Shown: positions 37,812-48,515, counted from the stretch's first letter. The stretch: DNA of 64,000 nt from Candidatus Woesebacteria bacterium (GCA_035389185.1 DAOORK010000001.1:631415-695414), one strand, 5' to 3'. Made by a program: numbers and translations. The notes: generated by a model from the sequence alone, not told the origin.

Positions 37812-38311
37812 GAAAACTGTTTTTGACTTTGCTACCAGTATTATTTTTGCAGATATTTTGTTCTCAGATTTTTGCTTATGATTTAACTTTGACAGCTGTT
37901 GGAAGTCAGTCAACATTGGGGGTAGATTACAGTTTGGTGAACTATACAGGGGGAGTTCCAACTCTAACCGGAACTGCATCTCCAAGTGCACAGATTGGGG
38001 TAAATATAAATACCTTGTTGCGATATACAGTTGCAAGCACAAGCGGAATTTGGCAGTTCGTGCCAAGTGCCTTGAGTGAAGGGGACAATACTGTCGTTTT
38101 GAGTTCGGGTAGTCAGACAATATCATTTATTTTAAGATTCAATTCGACTGAGTCCGGTGAGATTGCAACTCCGGCGGCGCTAATGGAGTCGGAGTTATTG
38201 GATAGTGGAGTGTGGGAGTACTATATACCAGCGGTATTTTTGGGTTTGTTGATTTTGGGAATGGGGAGATTTGGTAGAAGATGGATGCAAAAATGGGAGA
38301 AGGGTGATTAA
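37808..38311 (+). CDS. Secreted Ig-like protein with C-terminal membrane anchor
   Basis: Signal peptide, PTLTGTASP..GIWQF, C-terminal TM. Confidence 0.6.
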   Translation: MRKLFLTLLPVLFLQIFCSQIFAYDLTLTAVGSQSTLGVDYSLVNYTGGVPTLTGTASPSAQIGVNINTLLRYTVASTSGIWQFVPSALSEGDNTVVLSSGSQTISFILRFNSTESGEIATPAALMESELLDSGVWEYYIPAVFLGLLILGMGRFGRRWMQKWEKGD

Positions 38312-38322
38312 ATGTAACTCTT

Positions 38323-38955
38323 ATGAACAGTGATGGAAAACGAGTAGAAGTTATTTTTGATATCGAAACAAAGAAATTCTTTGATGACATAAATGCTCAT
38401 GATCCGGCCGCTTTGGGAATCTCAATCGTATCAGCATATCGAAGAGAATTAGATAATGACTTAAGTGAGATAAAAGGAGAGATGAAAAGTTTTTGGGAAG
38501 CAGACTTTGATCAGATGTGGAGTTGGTTTGAAGAGGCGGATCGGATTATTGGTTATAACAGTTTGGGCTTTGATGTACCGGCTGTGAATGGGGTATATAA
38601 GGGAGATTTTACAAAACTAAAACATTTTGACGTGCTGAAGATTATTAAAGATGTTTTTGGACATCGAGTAAAGTTGGATTCTGTGGCTAAGGAGTGTTTG
38701 GGTCAGGGAAAGAATGCTTCGGGAGCCGATGCGGTGATGTGGTGGGCCAAGGGGGATCCCGAAAGCTTGGCTAACTTGAAAAAATACTGTGAGATGGACG
38801 TGGAAGTGACGAAGGGAGTATATGACTATGGTTTGAAAAACAAGAAACTTAAATTCAAAGATCACTGGAATGAGTTGAGGGAGATTGAGGTTGATTTTTC
38901 CTATCCTCCTTCGGAGAAACCAAAGGTTGCAGAACAACAAATAAGTCTGTTTTGA
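38323..38955 (+). CDS. RNase H-like (DEDD-type) exonuclease domain protein
   Basis: FDIET, GYNSLGFD, KLDSVA and YCEMDV motifs. Confidence 0.85.
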   Translation: MNSDGKRVEVIFDIETKKFFDDINAHDPAALGISIVSAYRRELDNDLSEIKGEMKSFWEADFDQMWSWFEEADRIIGYNSLGFDVPAVNGVYKGDFTKLKHFDVLKIIKDVFGHRVKLDSVAKECLGQGKNASGADAVMWWAKGDPESLANLKKYCEMDVEVTKGVYDYGLKNKKLKFKDHWNELREIEVDFSYPPSEKPKVAEQQISLF

Positions 38956-38959
38956 GAGG

Positions 38960-38987
38960 TTGACAGGGATATTGTAGGTGTTACACT
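38960..38987 (+). promoter_or_regulatory. Sigma70-type (leaderless) promoter
   Basis: TTGACA-N16-TACACT with an extended TG, 6 nt before ATG 38994. Confidence 0.65.
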
Positions 38988-38993
38988 AATGAT

Positions 38994-39827
38994 ATGTACA
39001 AAATAGGAATTGTCGGATACGGGTTCGTTGGCAAAGCAGTTGAGTACGGTTTTAAAGAAGGGAATGAAATATTTATTTACGACAAGTTTTTGCCGAGTTT
39101 TCCTTTGGAGGAAGTGGTGAAAAAATCAGAAGTGATTTTTGTGGGAGTACCAACACCAATGACTAAGGAATATAAAAAGATTGATTTGTCGATAATTGAA
39201 GAAGTGACGGCGGATATAGTGAAGCTGGCCAAAAAAAATAAAGTTGAACCGATTATTGTTTTGAAATCGACAATAGTTCCCGGAACAACAAGAAGGCTTT
39301 CTAAAGAGAATAAATATCCAAGAATGGCCTTTAACCCCGAGTTTCTGACCGAGGCAAATTATCTGGAAGATTTTGTAAATGCCGATAGAGTGGTAGTCGG
39401 GGCTGACAATAATGAAGTCAAACAGTGGGTGGTAGATCTTTATCGAGCGACCTTTCCAAAGACACCAATTTTTGAAACTGATCCCACAACTGCTGAAGTA
39501 GTGAAATACATGGCTAATACTTATCTGGCGGTGAAGGTTATTTTTGCCAATGAGATGTTTGATCTGTGCGAGAAATTGGGTGTTAACTATGGAGAGATGA
39601 AAAAAATGGTGGTTGCTGACAAACGTATTTATGATTCTCACTTGGATATTACAACTCAAAGAGGGTTTGGAGGAAAGTGTTTTCCGAAAGATACGGTAGC
39701 TCTTTTAGGTTTGGCAAAAGAGCTTGGAGTTGAGTTGTCGGTAATTGAAACTGCTTGGAAAAAGAATCTAAAGACTCGTAAGGTGAGGGATTGGGAAAAA
39801 ATTGAAGGAGCGGTTTCGAAGAAATAG
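38994..39827 (+). CDS. UDP-glucose/GDP-mannose dehydrogenase family protein (short form)
   Basis: GYGFVG, VPTP, KSTIVPG, NPEFL, KYMAN and GFGGKCFPKD motifs. Confidence 0.9.
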   Translation: MYKIGIVGYGFVGKAVEYGFKEGNEIFIYDKFLPSFPLEEVVKKSEVIFVGVPTPMTKEYKKIDLSIIEEVTADIVKLAKKNKVEPIIVLKSTIVPGTTRRLSKENKYPRMAFNPEFLTEANYLEDFVNADRVVVGADNNEVKQWVVDLYRATFPKTPIFETDPTTAEVVKYMANTYLAVKVIFANEMFDLCEKLGVNYGEMKKMVVADKRIYDSHLDITTQRGFGGKCFPKDTVALLGLAKELGVELSVIETAWKKNLKTRKVRDWEKIEGAVSKK

Positions 39828-39846
39828 AACCCTGGTAAAATTGGGT

Positions 39847-40164
39847 ATGTCTGAAAACGTAAACAATAGCGAACGAGAAGAAAATAATTTACTTAAAGAA
39901 GAAATTCTTGAGGTAATGAAGAAAATTGAAGATGAAGAAGTCAGTGAAGATGATCTAGATTTGGTATTAGCAGAAAAAGTATTGGAGTATTTGACTGAAA
40001 AAGGTCTTGGTTTCGAAATTGAAAACATTGCAGTTTTGCCTTTTGTGGAAGAGGACTTTGAAAATCGAGACATAAAATTTGATGACAATTTTCTGGCAGT
40101 AACACTTGACGATGATGACGAAGAAACCGGTGAAAAGACGTACGGTGTTTGGGTGAGGAGATAG
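39847..40164 (+). CDS. Acidic hypothetical protein
   Basis: Start at MSENV, 5 nt after TAAAAT. Confidence 0.55.
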   Translation: MSENVNNSEREENNLLKEEILEVMKKIEDEEVSEDDLDLVLAEKVLEYLTEKGLGFEIENIAVLPFVEEDFENRDIKFDDNFLAVTLDDDDEETGEKTYGVWVRR

Positions 40165-40203
40165 TTGAGGAGAAACAGTACTTGGAGTATAATAGTCCAA
40201 GTT

Positions 40204-40590
40204 ATGTTTACGTTAACCAAGAAAGCTGATTATGGTTTGTCGCTTCTTACAATCCTTGCCGGGCGAGGAAGGGATGGTCGGATTAGTATGAAAGAACTAT
40301 CAGACATGGGAATGCCGAGAGCTTTTATGGCTAAGATTGCGACATCTCTAGTGGAAGCAGGCATTCTTAACAGCAAAGAAGGAAAATATGGAGGTTATGG
40401 ACTGAACTATGAACCAAAAGAGATTCAGGTAAGAGAGGCCTTGGAAGCGATTGAAGGTGAGGTGGCACCAGTATCTTGCGGAAGTTGTCCAATGCAAGGA
40501 GATTGCGGACAAGAAGGTTTTATGGACAAACTGACTGAAGAGATGAATAAATTGCTGGAAAAATATACGTTAGCAGATTTAGCAAAATAA
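40204..40590 (+). CDS. Rrf2-family (IscR/SufR-like) regulator
   Basis: KADYGL, SKEGKYGGY.L, Cys cluster CGSCPMQGDC. Confidence 0.9.
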   Translation: MFTLTKKADYGLSLLTILAGRGRDGRISMKELSDMGMPRAFMAKIATSLVEAGILNSKEGKYGGYGLNYEPKEIQVREALEAIEGEVAPVSCGSCPMQGDCGQEGFMDKLTEEMNKLLEKYTLADLAK

Positions 40591-40591
40591 A

Positions 40592-41314
40592 ATGTTAGAA
40601 ATAAAAAATTTGAAGGTATCGATTGAGAAAAAAGAGATTTTAAAAGGGGTTGATTTGGAGATCAAACAAGGAGAAGTACTGGCTTTGATGGGTCCAAACG
40701 GATCCGGAAAATCCAGTTTGGCAAATGTAATTGTGGGGAATCCGAAGTATCAAACTGAAGGGGAAATGTATTGGAATGGCAAAAGTATACTGAAAATGAG
40801 AACAGACGAAAGAGCCAGGAAAGGAATTTTGATGGCTTTTCAACAGCCGGTAGCTATTCCCGGAGTGTCGGTTCGAGAAATGCTTTTGGCGGCGATGAGA
40901 TCGGCCAAGAAAAGTATTTCGGCACTGGAGCTTAAGCAGATAGTGATAGCGGAAGCGAAGAAACTAAAAATTGACGAGAGTTTGTTAACGAGAGGAATTA
41001 ATGATGGTTTTTCCGGAGGAGAAAAGAAGAAATTGGAGATTTTGCAGATGAGAGTATTAAAACCCAGTCTTTTGATTTTGGATGAGATTGACTCTGGTTT
41101 GGATGTTGATGCTTTGAAATTATTGGCCGAAGCGGTTTTGGAGATGGTGAAAAAAGAAAAAATGAGTGTCTTAGTAATAACTCACTATCAAAAATTGTTG
41201 AAGTATCTGATACCGGATAGGGTGGTGGTTTTGAAAAAAGGAGAAGTCGTTGACAGCGGAAGTAAAGAAATTGTCGAAAAAATTGAAAATAAAGGATTTG
41301 CAATCTATGAGTGA
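40592..41314 (+). CDS. sufC: Fe-S assembly ATPase SufC
   Basis: [25 protein letters not shown] and ITHY motifs. Confidence 0.95.
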   Translation: MLEIKNLKVSIEKKEILKGVDLEIKQGEVLALMGPNGSGKSSLANVIVGNPKYQTEGEMYWNGKSILKMRTDERARKGILMAFQQPVAIPGVSVREMLLAAMRSAKKSISALELKQIVIAEAKKLKIDESLLTRGINDGFSGGEKKKLEILQMRVLKPSLLILDEIDSGLDVDALKLLAEAVLEMVKKEKMSVLVITHYQKLLKYLIPDRVVVLKKGEVVDSGSKEIVEKIENKGFAIYE

Positions 41315-42677
41315 TTTGTTGAAAAAAGACGAATTTAAGTATGTGTACAAAGCCAAGATGGGGTTATCGGCTAAGTTGGTTAAAGAGATTTCGGCAAGGA
41401 AAAATGAACCAGCTTGGATGTTGGAACGCCGACTAGAGGCACTAAAAGTATATCAATCGATGCCAATTCCGGTTTGGGGTGGAGATTTATCAGGAATAAA
41501 GTTTGAAGATATTTATTATTATCTGAAACCGATAGAGAAAGAGGAGAAAAATTGGAAGGAAGTTCCGGATCAGATAAAAAAGACTTTTGAAAAAATTGGA
41601 GTTCCAGAAGCTGAACGAGAAATGCTGGCCGGAGTAAAAAGTCAGTATGACTCAGAGGTAGTCTATGGCTCTTTGAAGAAAACGTTGGCGGACAAGGGCG
41701 TGATTTTCTTATCAATGGATGAGGGACTAGAAAAGTATCCGGAACTGGTCAAAAAATATTTGGGGAAAGTGGTCCCGTTGGCGGACAACAAATTGGCGGC
41801 TTTGAATAGTGCCGTGTGGAGTGGTGGGTCTTTTATTTACGTACCTAAAAATGTACAGGTATCACTTCCTTTACAGGCATATTTTAGAATTAATACAGAA
41901 AGAGCCGGACAGTTTGAAAGAACGCTCATTATTGCTGATGAGGGATCATCGGTACACTATATTGAAGGATGTTCGGCACCGGCATATTCTTCAGCATCAC
42001 TTCATGCTGCAGTGGTGGAAATATTTGTAGAGAAGGGGGCGAAAGTACAGTACAGTACGGTACAGAATTGGTATAAAAATATTTATAACTTGGTAACTAA
42101 GAGAGCTTGGGTAGAAGAGGATGGACAGATGTTGTGGGTGGATGGTAATTTAGGTTCAAAATTAACAATGAAGTACCCTGCTTGTGTTTTGGCAGGGAAA
42201 AGAGCTCATGGAGAGATGCTATCAATCGCTTGGGCGGGTGAAGGACAACATCAAGACACTGGGGCAAAGATGATTCATTTGGCACCGGAAACAACGTCAC
42301 AGATTGTGAGTAAATCGATCAGTAAAAATGGGGGAAGAACAAGCTATCGAGGACTAGTACAAATAAATAAAGGAGCAGTAGGGGCAAGATCAAAAGTGGT
42401 GTGTGATGCCTTGATTTTGGATGAAATAAGCAGAAGCGATACTTATCCGGTTAATAAGGTAATGGAAGAAGAAACGATTTTGGAACATGAGGCAACAGTT
42501 AGCCGAGTATCTGAAGATCAACTTTTGTATTTAATGGGCCGGGGTATTAGTGAAGATGAAGCCAATGCGATGGTAGTTAATGGCTTTATGGAACCGGTTG
42601 TTAAGGAAATTCCTATGGAGTACGCCATTGAGATGAATCGGTTAGTAAACATGGAAATGGAAGGATCGGTAGGTTAA
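41307..42677 (+). CDS. sufB: Fe-S assembly protein SufB
   Basis: [28 protein letters not shown] and MEGSVG motifs. Confidence 0.95.
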   Translation: MSDLLKKDEFKYVYKAKMGLSAKLVKEISARKNEPAWMLERRLEALKVYQSMPIPVWGGDLSGIKFEDIYYYLKPIEKEEKNWKEVPDQIKKTFEKIGVPEAEREMLAGVKSQYDSEVVYGSLKKTLADKGVIFLSMDEGLEKYPELVKKYLGKVVPLADNKLAALNSAVWSGGSFIYVPKNVQVSLPLQAYFRINTERAGQFERTLIIADEGSSVHYIEGCSAPAYSSASLHAAVVEIFVEKGAKVQYSTVQNWYKNIYNLVTKRAWVEEDGQMLWVDGNLGSKLTMKYPACVLAGKRAHGEMLSIAWAGEGQHQDTGAKMIHLAPETTSQIVSKSISKNGGRTSYRGLVQINKGAVGARSKVVCDALILDEISRSDTYPVNKVMEEETILEHEATVSRVSEDQLLYLMGRGISEDEANAMVVNGFMEPVVKEIPMEYAIEMNRLVNMEMEGSVG

Positions 42678-42682
42678 AGACT

Positions 42683-43141
42683 ATGGAAAAACAAGTATTT
42701 GATAAACCAGGAAAATATGAAATTAATCTTCAATTAAATGAAGAGGGGCAGTTGTTGGAATGGTTGGGAGTTGTGGAGGCGAGAAAAATAGGAGACTATG
42801 ATCTGGTATTGACGGTGGATCACCGGAGACCAAAGACGGTTGGAAAGGTGATAGTGAGGGGGGTGGCTGAGAATGGAGCAAGAATAAGAATATCCGGTTT
42901 GGTGAGAATCGAAAAAAAAGCAGAAGAAAGTGAGAGTTCGTTAGTGATGAAAGTACTATTGGTTGATAAAGAATCAAAAGCTGAGGTGGATCCGAAGATG
43001 GAGATTTTGACTAACAAAGTGAAGGCGAGTCACTCGGCCAGTGTGGGGAAGATAGATGAAGAACAGCTGTTTTTTTTGGAGTCACGGGGAATAGAGAGAG
43101 AATATGCTAAGAAAATGATTATTAATGGATTTTTAAATTAG
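42683..43141 (+). CDS. sufD: SufD-family protein (short, C-terminal part only)
   Basis: PKMEI...VKASHSASVG.IDEEQLFFLESRG; position in the operon. Confidence 0.85.
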   Translation: MEKQVFDKPGKYEINLQLNEEGQLLEWLGVVEARKIGDYDLVLTVDHRRPKTVGKVIVRGVAENGARIRISGLVRIEKKAEESESSLVMKVLLVDKESKAEVDPKMEILTNKVKASHSASVGKIDEEQLFFLESRGIEREYAKKMIINGFLN

Positions 43142-43166
43142 TATTGTTATAAATTACAATTAAATA

Positions 43167-44447
43167 ATGTTTGACGTACAGAAAATTAGAAAAGACTTTC
43201 CTGTTCTTAATAGACAGATTCATGGTCAGCAGTTGGTGTACTTGGATTCGGGAGCAACTAGCCAAAAACCGGAAGTGGTGATCGAAGCTATGAACAAGTA
43301 TTACCGGGAGACCAATGCCAATATCAATCGAGGTGTTTATGAGATGTCGGTAGAGTCGACAGAGATGGTAGAAGAAACACGAAAGAAAGTGGCGGAGTTT
43401 ATTGGAGGCAGACAAGAAGAAGTTATTTTTACTAGAAATACAACCGAAAGTATTAACTTGGTGGCTTATGCATGGGGGGATGAAAATGTAAATGAGGGAG
43501 ATGCAGTAGTAATAACTAAGTTGGAACATCATTCAAATATGATTCCTTGGCAAGAGCTGTGTCGTAGAAAAAGTGCTGAACTAAGAGTGGTGGATTTTGA
43601 CAAGGATGGAGAGTTACTGGAAAGCAGAGAAAAACAAATAGTTGAAGAAAATGGTTTGAAAGTTATTTTGGGCGGATGGAAAGAATTGCTGGATGAAAAA
43701 GTAAAAATGGTGGCGATTACTGGGCAGTCGAATGTACTGGGAACAGAGTTGTCTGTGGTGGAGATCTCCAAAAGAGTGAAACGAGTGTCTCCATCAGCCA
43801 AGGTATTGATTGATGGAGCACAGATGGTGCCACATATGAAGGTGAATGTTCAGGCCTTGGATCTGGATTTCTTAGCTTTTTCTGGACATAAAATGCTTGG
43901 TCCAACTGGGGTGGGAGTTCTTTGGGGAAGAAAAGAAATACTAGAAAAGATGAGGCCATTTTTGTATGGAGGAGACATGATAGGTGAGGTAAAACTTACC
44001 GGTGCTTCTTGGGCATCTTTACCAAATAAGTTTGAGGCCGGGACTCCGGACATGGCAGGAATTGTGGGTTTGGGGGCGGCAGTGGATTATTTAAGCCGAT
44101 TGGGAATGGATGAGATTCATGCCTGGGAAAAAGAGTTGAGAAATTGTGCTTGGGAAAAAATGCAAATTTTAGAAAAAGAAGGAGTAGTAGAGATGTATGG
44201 AGGAAATCCGGAAAACAAAGGAGGATCTTTAGTTTTTAATGTAAAAGGAGTGCACGCACACGATACAGCACAAGTTCTGGACAATTTTGGTATTGCTGTT
44301 CGATCCGGACAACATTGTGCAGCGCCATTGGTGACCAGTCTGGGAGTGTCGGCAATGGTGAGAGTAAGTTTTTACTTTTATAATACAAAGGAGGAAATAA
44401 ATTATTTGGTAGAAAAGATAAGGGAAGTACCAAAGGTATTTGTGTAA
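43167..44447 (+). CDS. sufS: Cysteine desulfurase SufS
   Basis: YLDSGATSQKP, EHHSN, SGHKM and RSGQHCA motifs. Confidence 0.95.
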   Translation: MFDVQKIRKDFPVLNRQIHGQQLVYLDSGATSQKPEVVIEAMNKYYRETNANINRGVYEMSVESTEMVEETRKKVAEFIGGRQEEVIFTRNTTESINLVAYAWGDENVNEGDAVVITKLEHHSNMIPWQELCRRKSAELRVVDFDKDGELLESREKQIVEENGLKVILGGWKELLDEKVKMVAITGQSNVLGTELSVVEISKRVKRVSPSAKVLIDGAQMVPHMKVNVQALDLDFLAFSGHKMLGPTGVGVLWGRKEILEKMRPFLYGGDMIGEVKLTGASWASLPNKFEAGTPDMAGIVGLGAAVDYLSRLGMDEIHAWEKELRNCAWEKMQILEKEGVVEMYGGNPENKGGSLVFNVKGVHAHDTAQVLDNFGIAVRSGQHCAAPLVTSLGVSAMVRVSFYFYNTKEEINYLVEKIREVPKVFV

Positions 44448-44810
44448 ATGAACGAGTATAAAGAAATAATCATCGATCATTATAAGAACCCAAGGAATCA
44501 GGGAGAGTTGGCTGACGCCGATATGGTGATAGACGAAGCGAACGCCTCTTGTGGGGATATCATCAAGATTTTTGTGAAGATTAAAGATGGAATAATTATG
44601 GATATGAAGTGGCAGGGAGTCGGTTGTGCTATTTCGACAGCTGGAGCTTCGATGCTATCGGAAAAGATTATCGGAATGACAAAAGAAAAGGTGATTAATT
44701 TTGGAGAAAAAGGTGTAGTGGAAATGCTGGGAGGGGAGATCAATGCTGGGAGAATGAAGTGTGCTACACTCGCCTATCGTGGATTATTAAAAATGTTTGA
44801 AGACAAGTGA
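44448..44810 (+). CDS. sufU: SufU/IscU scaffold-type protein
   Basis: DHYKNPRN, SCGD, GCAIS and RMKCA motifs. Confidence 0.9.
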   Translation: MNEYKEIIIDHYKNPRNQGELADADMVIDEANASCGDIIKIFVKIKDGIIMDMKWQGVGCAISTAGASMLSEKIIGMTKEKVINFGEKGVVEMLGGEINAGRMKCATLAYRGLLKMFEDK

Positions 44811-45430
44811 ACGATTGGAAAACAATCATAAAAATAGTGTTGGGATGTGCTGTTTTAATAATGGTGATGGTCTTTGGTTTGGCAAGAATGTCCGGTACAA
44901 ATACAGCGTTGACGGTTGAAGAGAAAAAGTTATTGACTGGAGCCAAACTAATAAAAGAGAATGGCGAAATAAAAGTAACAGTAGTTAATTTTTCGGATAT
45001 GGAGTGTCCAGCATGTCAGAGAGCTCATGAGTTGACAAATAGTTTGAGTGACATGCCCGGAGTAAGGGTGGTTTTTAGACATTTTCCCTTGAGTATTCAC
45101 AAGTATTCATCGATAACGGCAAGTGCCGTAGAAGCAGCTAGATTGATGGGAAAGGGATGGGAAATGATTGACCTTTTGTACAGTAAACAAGATGAATGGT
45201 CCGGAACAGCGAATATAAACGGTAAATTGATGGAGTATGCGGCGAGTTTAGGATTGGACACAAAGATATTTGATGGTTATTTAAATTCGGCGAGTGTATC
45301 AGCGACAGTTCGTGAAGACATTGCACTGGGAGATAACTTGGAACTGCCAGGAACACCGACAATTTTTGTCAATGGAGAACAAGTCGGGGCCGATTTTGTG
45401 GTCAGCAAAGTTAACGAATTAATTAAATAG
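44807..45430 (+). CDS. DsbA-family thiol oxidoreductase
   Basis: N-terminal TM, CPAC, RHFPL, GTPT. Confidence 0.9.
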   Translation: MNDWKTIIKIVLGCAVLIMVMVFGLARMSGTNTALTVEEKKLLTGAKLIKENGEIKVTVVNFSDMECPACQRAHELTNSLSDMPGVRVVFRHFPLSIHKYSSITASAVEAARLMGKGWEMIDLLYSKQDEWSGTANINGKLMEYAASLGLDTKIFDGYLNSASVSATVREDIALGDNLELPGTPTIFVNGEQVGADFVVSKVNELIK

Positions 45431-45431
45431 A

Positions 45432-46121
45432 ATGATGCTAAGTATTCCTGCCCTTACAATTGCGGCATTAACAAATGGTTTGAACCCGTGTGGTATTGGA
45501 ATGATGATTACTTTTTTGGGGTATTTGTTAATGTTTGGGGCAAAAGAAAAAGATAAAAAATGGATCTTAAAGATAGGAATAGTCTATGTGATGAGTGTTT
45601 TTGTGACGTATTTGATTATGGGACTGCTGTTTTACGGAATGGCTTATTATTTACAACGATGGTGGTTAGCCGGAGTGTTTAAGTATATTGTTGGGGCAAT
45701 GCTGTGTTTGGCGGGATTGGTTCAAATTAAAGATGCCTTTTTCCCCAGTTTGCCGATTCATTTAAGAATGCCAATGAAAGGCTTTGAAAAATTGATAAAA
45801 ATGATGGCAAAGGCTAGTGTCGAGGTGACAATACTAATTGGTATCCTGACAACAGTATTTTCCTCACCTTGTATGTTGCCTTTGTATGTGGGAACGACGG
45901 CGGTGATTGCGAGGTCGGGACTGGCCATGGGAGGAGTCTTGGGTTATTTCCTCTATTACAATTTGATTTTTATTTTGCCCTTGATAGCGATTCTTGTAAT
46001 AATGGTTGGGGGAAAGAGAGTAGTAGAGATGAAGGAGTGGGAACATAAATACACAAAATGGATGAGGTTTTTACTAGGATTGATCTTATTGGCTGTCGGA
46101 ATTTGGATTGGCATAGGTTAA
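45432..46121 (+). CDS. CcdA/DsbD-like (LysE-superfamily) membrane protein
   Basis: NPC and SPC motifs within TM helices. Confidence 0.7.
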   Translation: MMLSIPALTIAALTNGLNPCGIGMMITFLGYLLMFGAKEKDKKWILKIGIVYVMSVFVTYLIMGLLFYGMAYYLQRWWLAGVFKYIVGAMLCLAGLVQIKDAFFPSLPIHLRMPMKGFEKLIKMMAKASVEVTILIGILTTVFSSPCMLPLYVGTTAVIARSGLAMGGVLGYFLYYNLIFILPLIAILVIMVGGKRVVEMKEWEHKYTKWMRFLLGLILLAVGIWIGIG

Positions 46122-46137
46122 TGGATTAAAATTAACT

Positions 46138-46845
46138 ATGGAAGTAAAGCGTTTGTTGGGCAGAGTGGCATATAAAGAGAATTTGGCTGGTGATAACTGG
46201 TTGATTAGAATTGACTTGGGAGAAATAGTTGATTTTATTCCGGGTCAGTATGTGAGTTTAAAGGTTAATGAAGAAGGTTTGAGGAGATCGTATTCTTTGG
46301 CGAGCATGCCAGGGGAAAATAGTATTGATCTGATGGTGGATACGACACCGATGGGAGTCGGCTCGAAGTATATTTTGGGATTAAAAGTGGGAGATTCTGT
46401 CGAGGTGCTGGGGTTTTTGGGAAAGTTTATCGTGAATGAAGATGATTTGACGGAAGAAAGACAGTTGGTTTTTGTGGGTACTGGAGCGGGAGTAGTTCCC
46501 TTGAGATCAATGGCTGAGGATTTGCTGGCGAATAAGGGCTTTAGAGGACAGACTTATTTTATCTGGGGAATGAGATATGAGGAAGACCTGTATTGGATGA
46601 AAGAGATTAACGTATTGCAACGTGATTTTGACAACTTTCATTTTGAAGTGGTCCTGTCAAAACCTAAAAATGACTGGCCAGGTTTGTCGGGACATGTGGG
46701 TGATATTGTGGACAAATTGGAGCTTGATTGGCAAAATACAAGTGTTTATCTGTGTGGAAATCCGGATATGATTTCGGAAATTGAGAAAACGGTGATAAAG
46801 AAGGGAGTGAAAAGCGATAGAGTCAGTTATGAGCGATATGCGTGA
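46138..46845 (+). CDS. FAD/NAD(P)-binding oxidoreductase (ferredoxin-NADP reductase family)
   Basis: PGQY, RSYS, GVGS, GTGAGVVP and YLCG motifs. Confidence 0.9.
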   Translation: MEVKRLLGRVAYKENLAGDNWLIRIDLGEIVDFIPGQYVSLKVNEEGLRRSYSLASMPGENSIDLMVDTTPMGVGSKYILGLKVGDSVEVLGFLGKFIVNEDDLTEERQLVFVGTGAGVVPLRSMAEDLLANKGFRGQTYFIWGMRYEEDLYWMKEINVLQRDFDNFHFEVVLSKPKNDWPGLSGHVGDIVDKLELDWQNTSVYLCGNPDMISEIEKTVIKKGVKSDRVSYERYA

Positions 46846-46919
46846 TAAACTGATGATAATAGGATCATTATTATTACGAGACAGAGAGGTCTCAAAATAA
46901 CAGAAAGGCAGGTGAGAAA

Positions 46920-47114
46920 ATGAGGAATAAAGATAAGTTAGCGATTGGGAAGACCTTGATCTATTTTTCAGCGGTTTGCGTTATTTTGGCCTTTGTTGGA
47001 GCTTTGGGGACTGATCTTTGGCTGGCAAGTACACAATGGATGTTGGTGGGTTTAACTGCTGCTATATGGGGAGTGTTTGTCTTGATTGAAGCAGAGTTTA
47101 AAATGAAAAAATGA
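46920..47114 (+). CDS. Small membrane protein
   Basis: Two TM segments; ATGA overlap with sufT. Confidence 0.6.
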   Translation: MRNKDKLAIGKTLIYFSAVCVILAFVGALGTDLWLASTQWMLVGLTAAIWGVFVLIEAEFKMKK

Positions 47115-47413
47115 CGACGATTGAAGAGAAGATATGGTCGGCACTTAAGAGTGTGATTGATCCTGAGTTGGGGGTATCGATTGTGGATTTGGGTTTGATT
47201 TATGATGTTCGCTATGAGGGTGGCGAAGCCGAGGTGGAGATGACTTTGACATCTCCCGGCTGTCCTTTGGCAAGTGTAATTGATACAAAGATAAGGGAAG
47301 TTTTGAGTGGTATTGAAGAAATAAAACATTTGACAGTAGAAATTGTTTGGGATCCACCTTGGACGAAAGATCTGATGTCTGAAGAACTTAGGGCCGAATT
47401 TGGTTTTGATTAA
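47111..47413 (+). CDS. sufT: SufT/DUF59 Fe-S maturation protein
   Basis: DPEL..SIVDLGLIY, TLTSPGCP and WDPPW motifs. Confidence 0.9.
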   Translation: MTTIEEKIWSALKSVIDPELGVSIVDLGLIYDVRYEGGEAEVEMTLTSPGCPLASVIDTKIREVLSGIEEIKHLTVEIVWDPPWTKDLMSEELRAEFGFD

Positions 47414-47448
47414 GAGGAAATTCAGAAGATATCTGCTACGATGTATTT

Positions 47449-47886
47449 ATGAGAGTAATTTTAGGTGCCGATCATGGCGGATTTGGTCTTAAGGAAGAGA
47501 CAAAAAAATGGTTAACAGACGAAGGCTTCGAAGTGTTTGATGTAGGAGCATGCTTTTTGGTTGAAGAAGATGACTTTGTGGAGTATGCCAAAAAAGCCGT
47601 GCAGGAGGCAAAAGATCGAGAAGATAGAATAATTCTATTTTGCAAAAATGGATTTGGAATGTGTATTGCGGCCAATAGATTCACAGGAGTACGTTGTGGT
47701 CTGGCTTTTGATCTGGAGGCTGTACGAAGAGGAAGAACAGACGATGATATTAACTGTTTATCTGTGCCGGCGGAGTATAAGCAGTTTGGTGAGGTGGTAA
47801 AAATGGTGGATATTTTTCTTCACGAAGATTTTTCTGAAGAAGAAAAATACAAAAGAAGAATTAATAAACTGGATAATTTACTTTAA
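47449..47886 (+). CDS. rpiB: Ribose-5-phosphate isomerase B family
   Basis: GADHGG..LK, C..G.GMCIAANRF.GVR. Confidence 0.9.
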   Translation: MRVILGADHGGFGLKEETKKWLTDEGFEVFDVGACFLVEEDDFVEYAKKAVQEAKDREDRIILFCKNGFGMCIAANRFTGVRCGLAFDLEAVRRGRTDDDINCLSVPAEYKQFGEVVKMVDIFLHEDFSEEEKYKRRINKLDNLL

Positions 47887-48515
47887 TGAAGACTGTCGTA
47901 CCGGCAATATTGGCTAAAGATGTAAGCACTTTCGAAGAAGAAGTAAAAAAAGTGGAGAAGTTTGTGACGAAGGTGCAGGTGGATGTGATTGATGGGAAGT
48001 TTTTTCCGGTAGAAACGGTGACTCCAGAAGTTTTTCAGGAAATTGAGACACCAGTTGAGATAGAAACTCATCTGATGGTTGAAGAGCCAATAGAGTGGGT
48101 AGAAAGATGTGTTGCTGCGGGAGTGACTGCGATATATGGTCAGGTAGAAAAAATGACCGATAAACAAGCGTTTATTACAGCAGTTGTAGAGTCTGGATTG
48201 AGAGTGGGTTTGGCTTTTGACCTGGATACTTCATTAACCGGTCTGGATGAATGGATTAATCTGGTTGACGGGATATTGCTGATGAGTGTCCCAGCAGGAG
48301 CACAAGGTCAGGCGTTTGGTGAGGGGGTAATGGAAAAGATTAAAAAAGTTAGAGCGCTATCTCCTTCGGTGTTGATAGTTATAGATGGCGGATTGAATAT
48401 TGAGACTATTAAGAGATGTGTGGAAATAGGAGGAGAGAAGATGGAGTTTGCAGTAGGAAGTGAAATTTTGAAGGCAGAGGACGCAGAGCTTGCCTATCGA
48501 AAGTTGGAGCAATAA
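47886..48515 (+). CDS. rpe: Ribulose-phosphate 3-epimerase
   Basis: PAIL, VDVIDG.F, HLMV..P, MSV..G.QGQ.F and DGG motifs. Confidence 0.9.
   Translation: MKTVVPAILAKDVSTFEEEVKKVEKFVTKVQVDVIDGKFFPVETVTPEVFQEIETPVEIETHLMVEEPIEWVERCVAAGVTAIYGQVEKMTDKQAFITAVVESGLRVGLAFDLDTSLTGLDEWINLVDGILLMSVPAGAQGQAFGEGVMEKIKKVRALSPSVLIVIDGGLNIETIKRCVEIGGEKMEFAVGSEILKAEDAELAYRKLEQ

Noticed and set aside
46850-46895. CTGATGA followed by hairpins (hammerhead-like)
   Set aside because: No GAAA in the right place and no stem I pairing; the core is incomplete.
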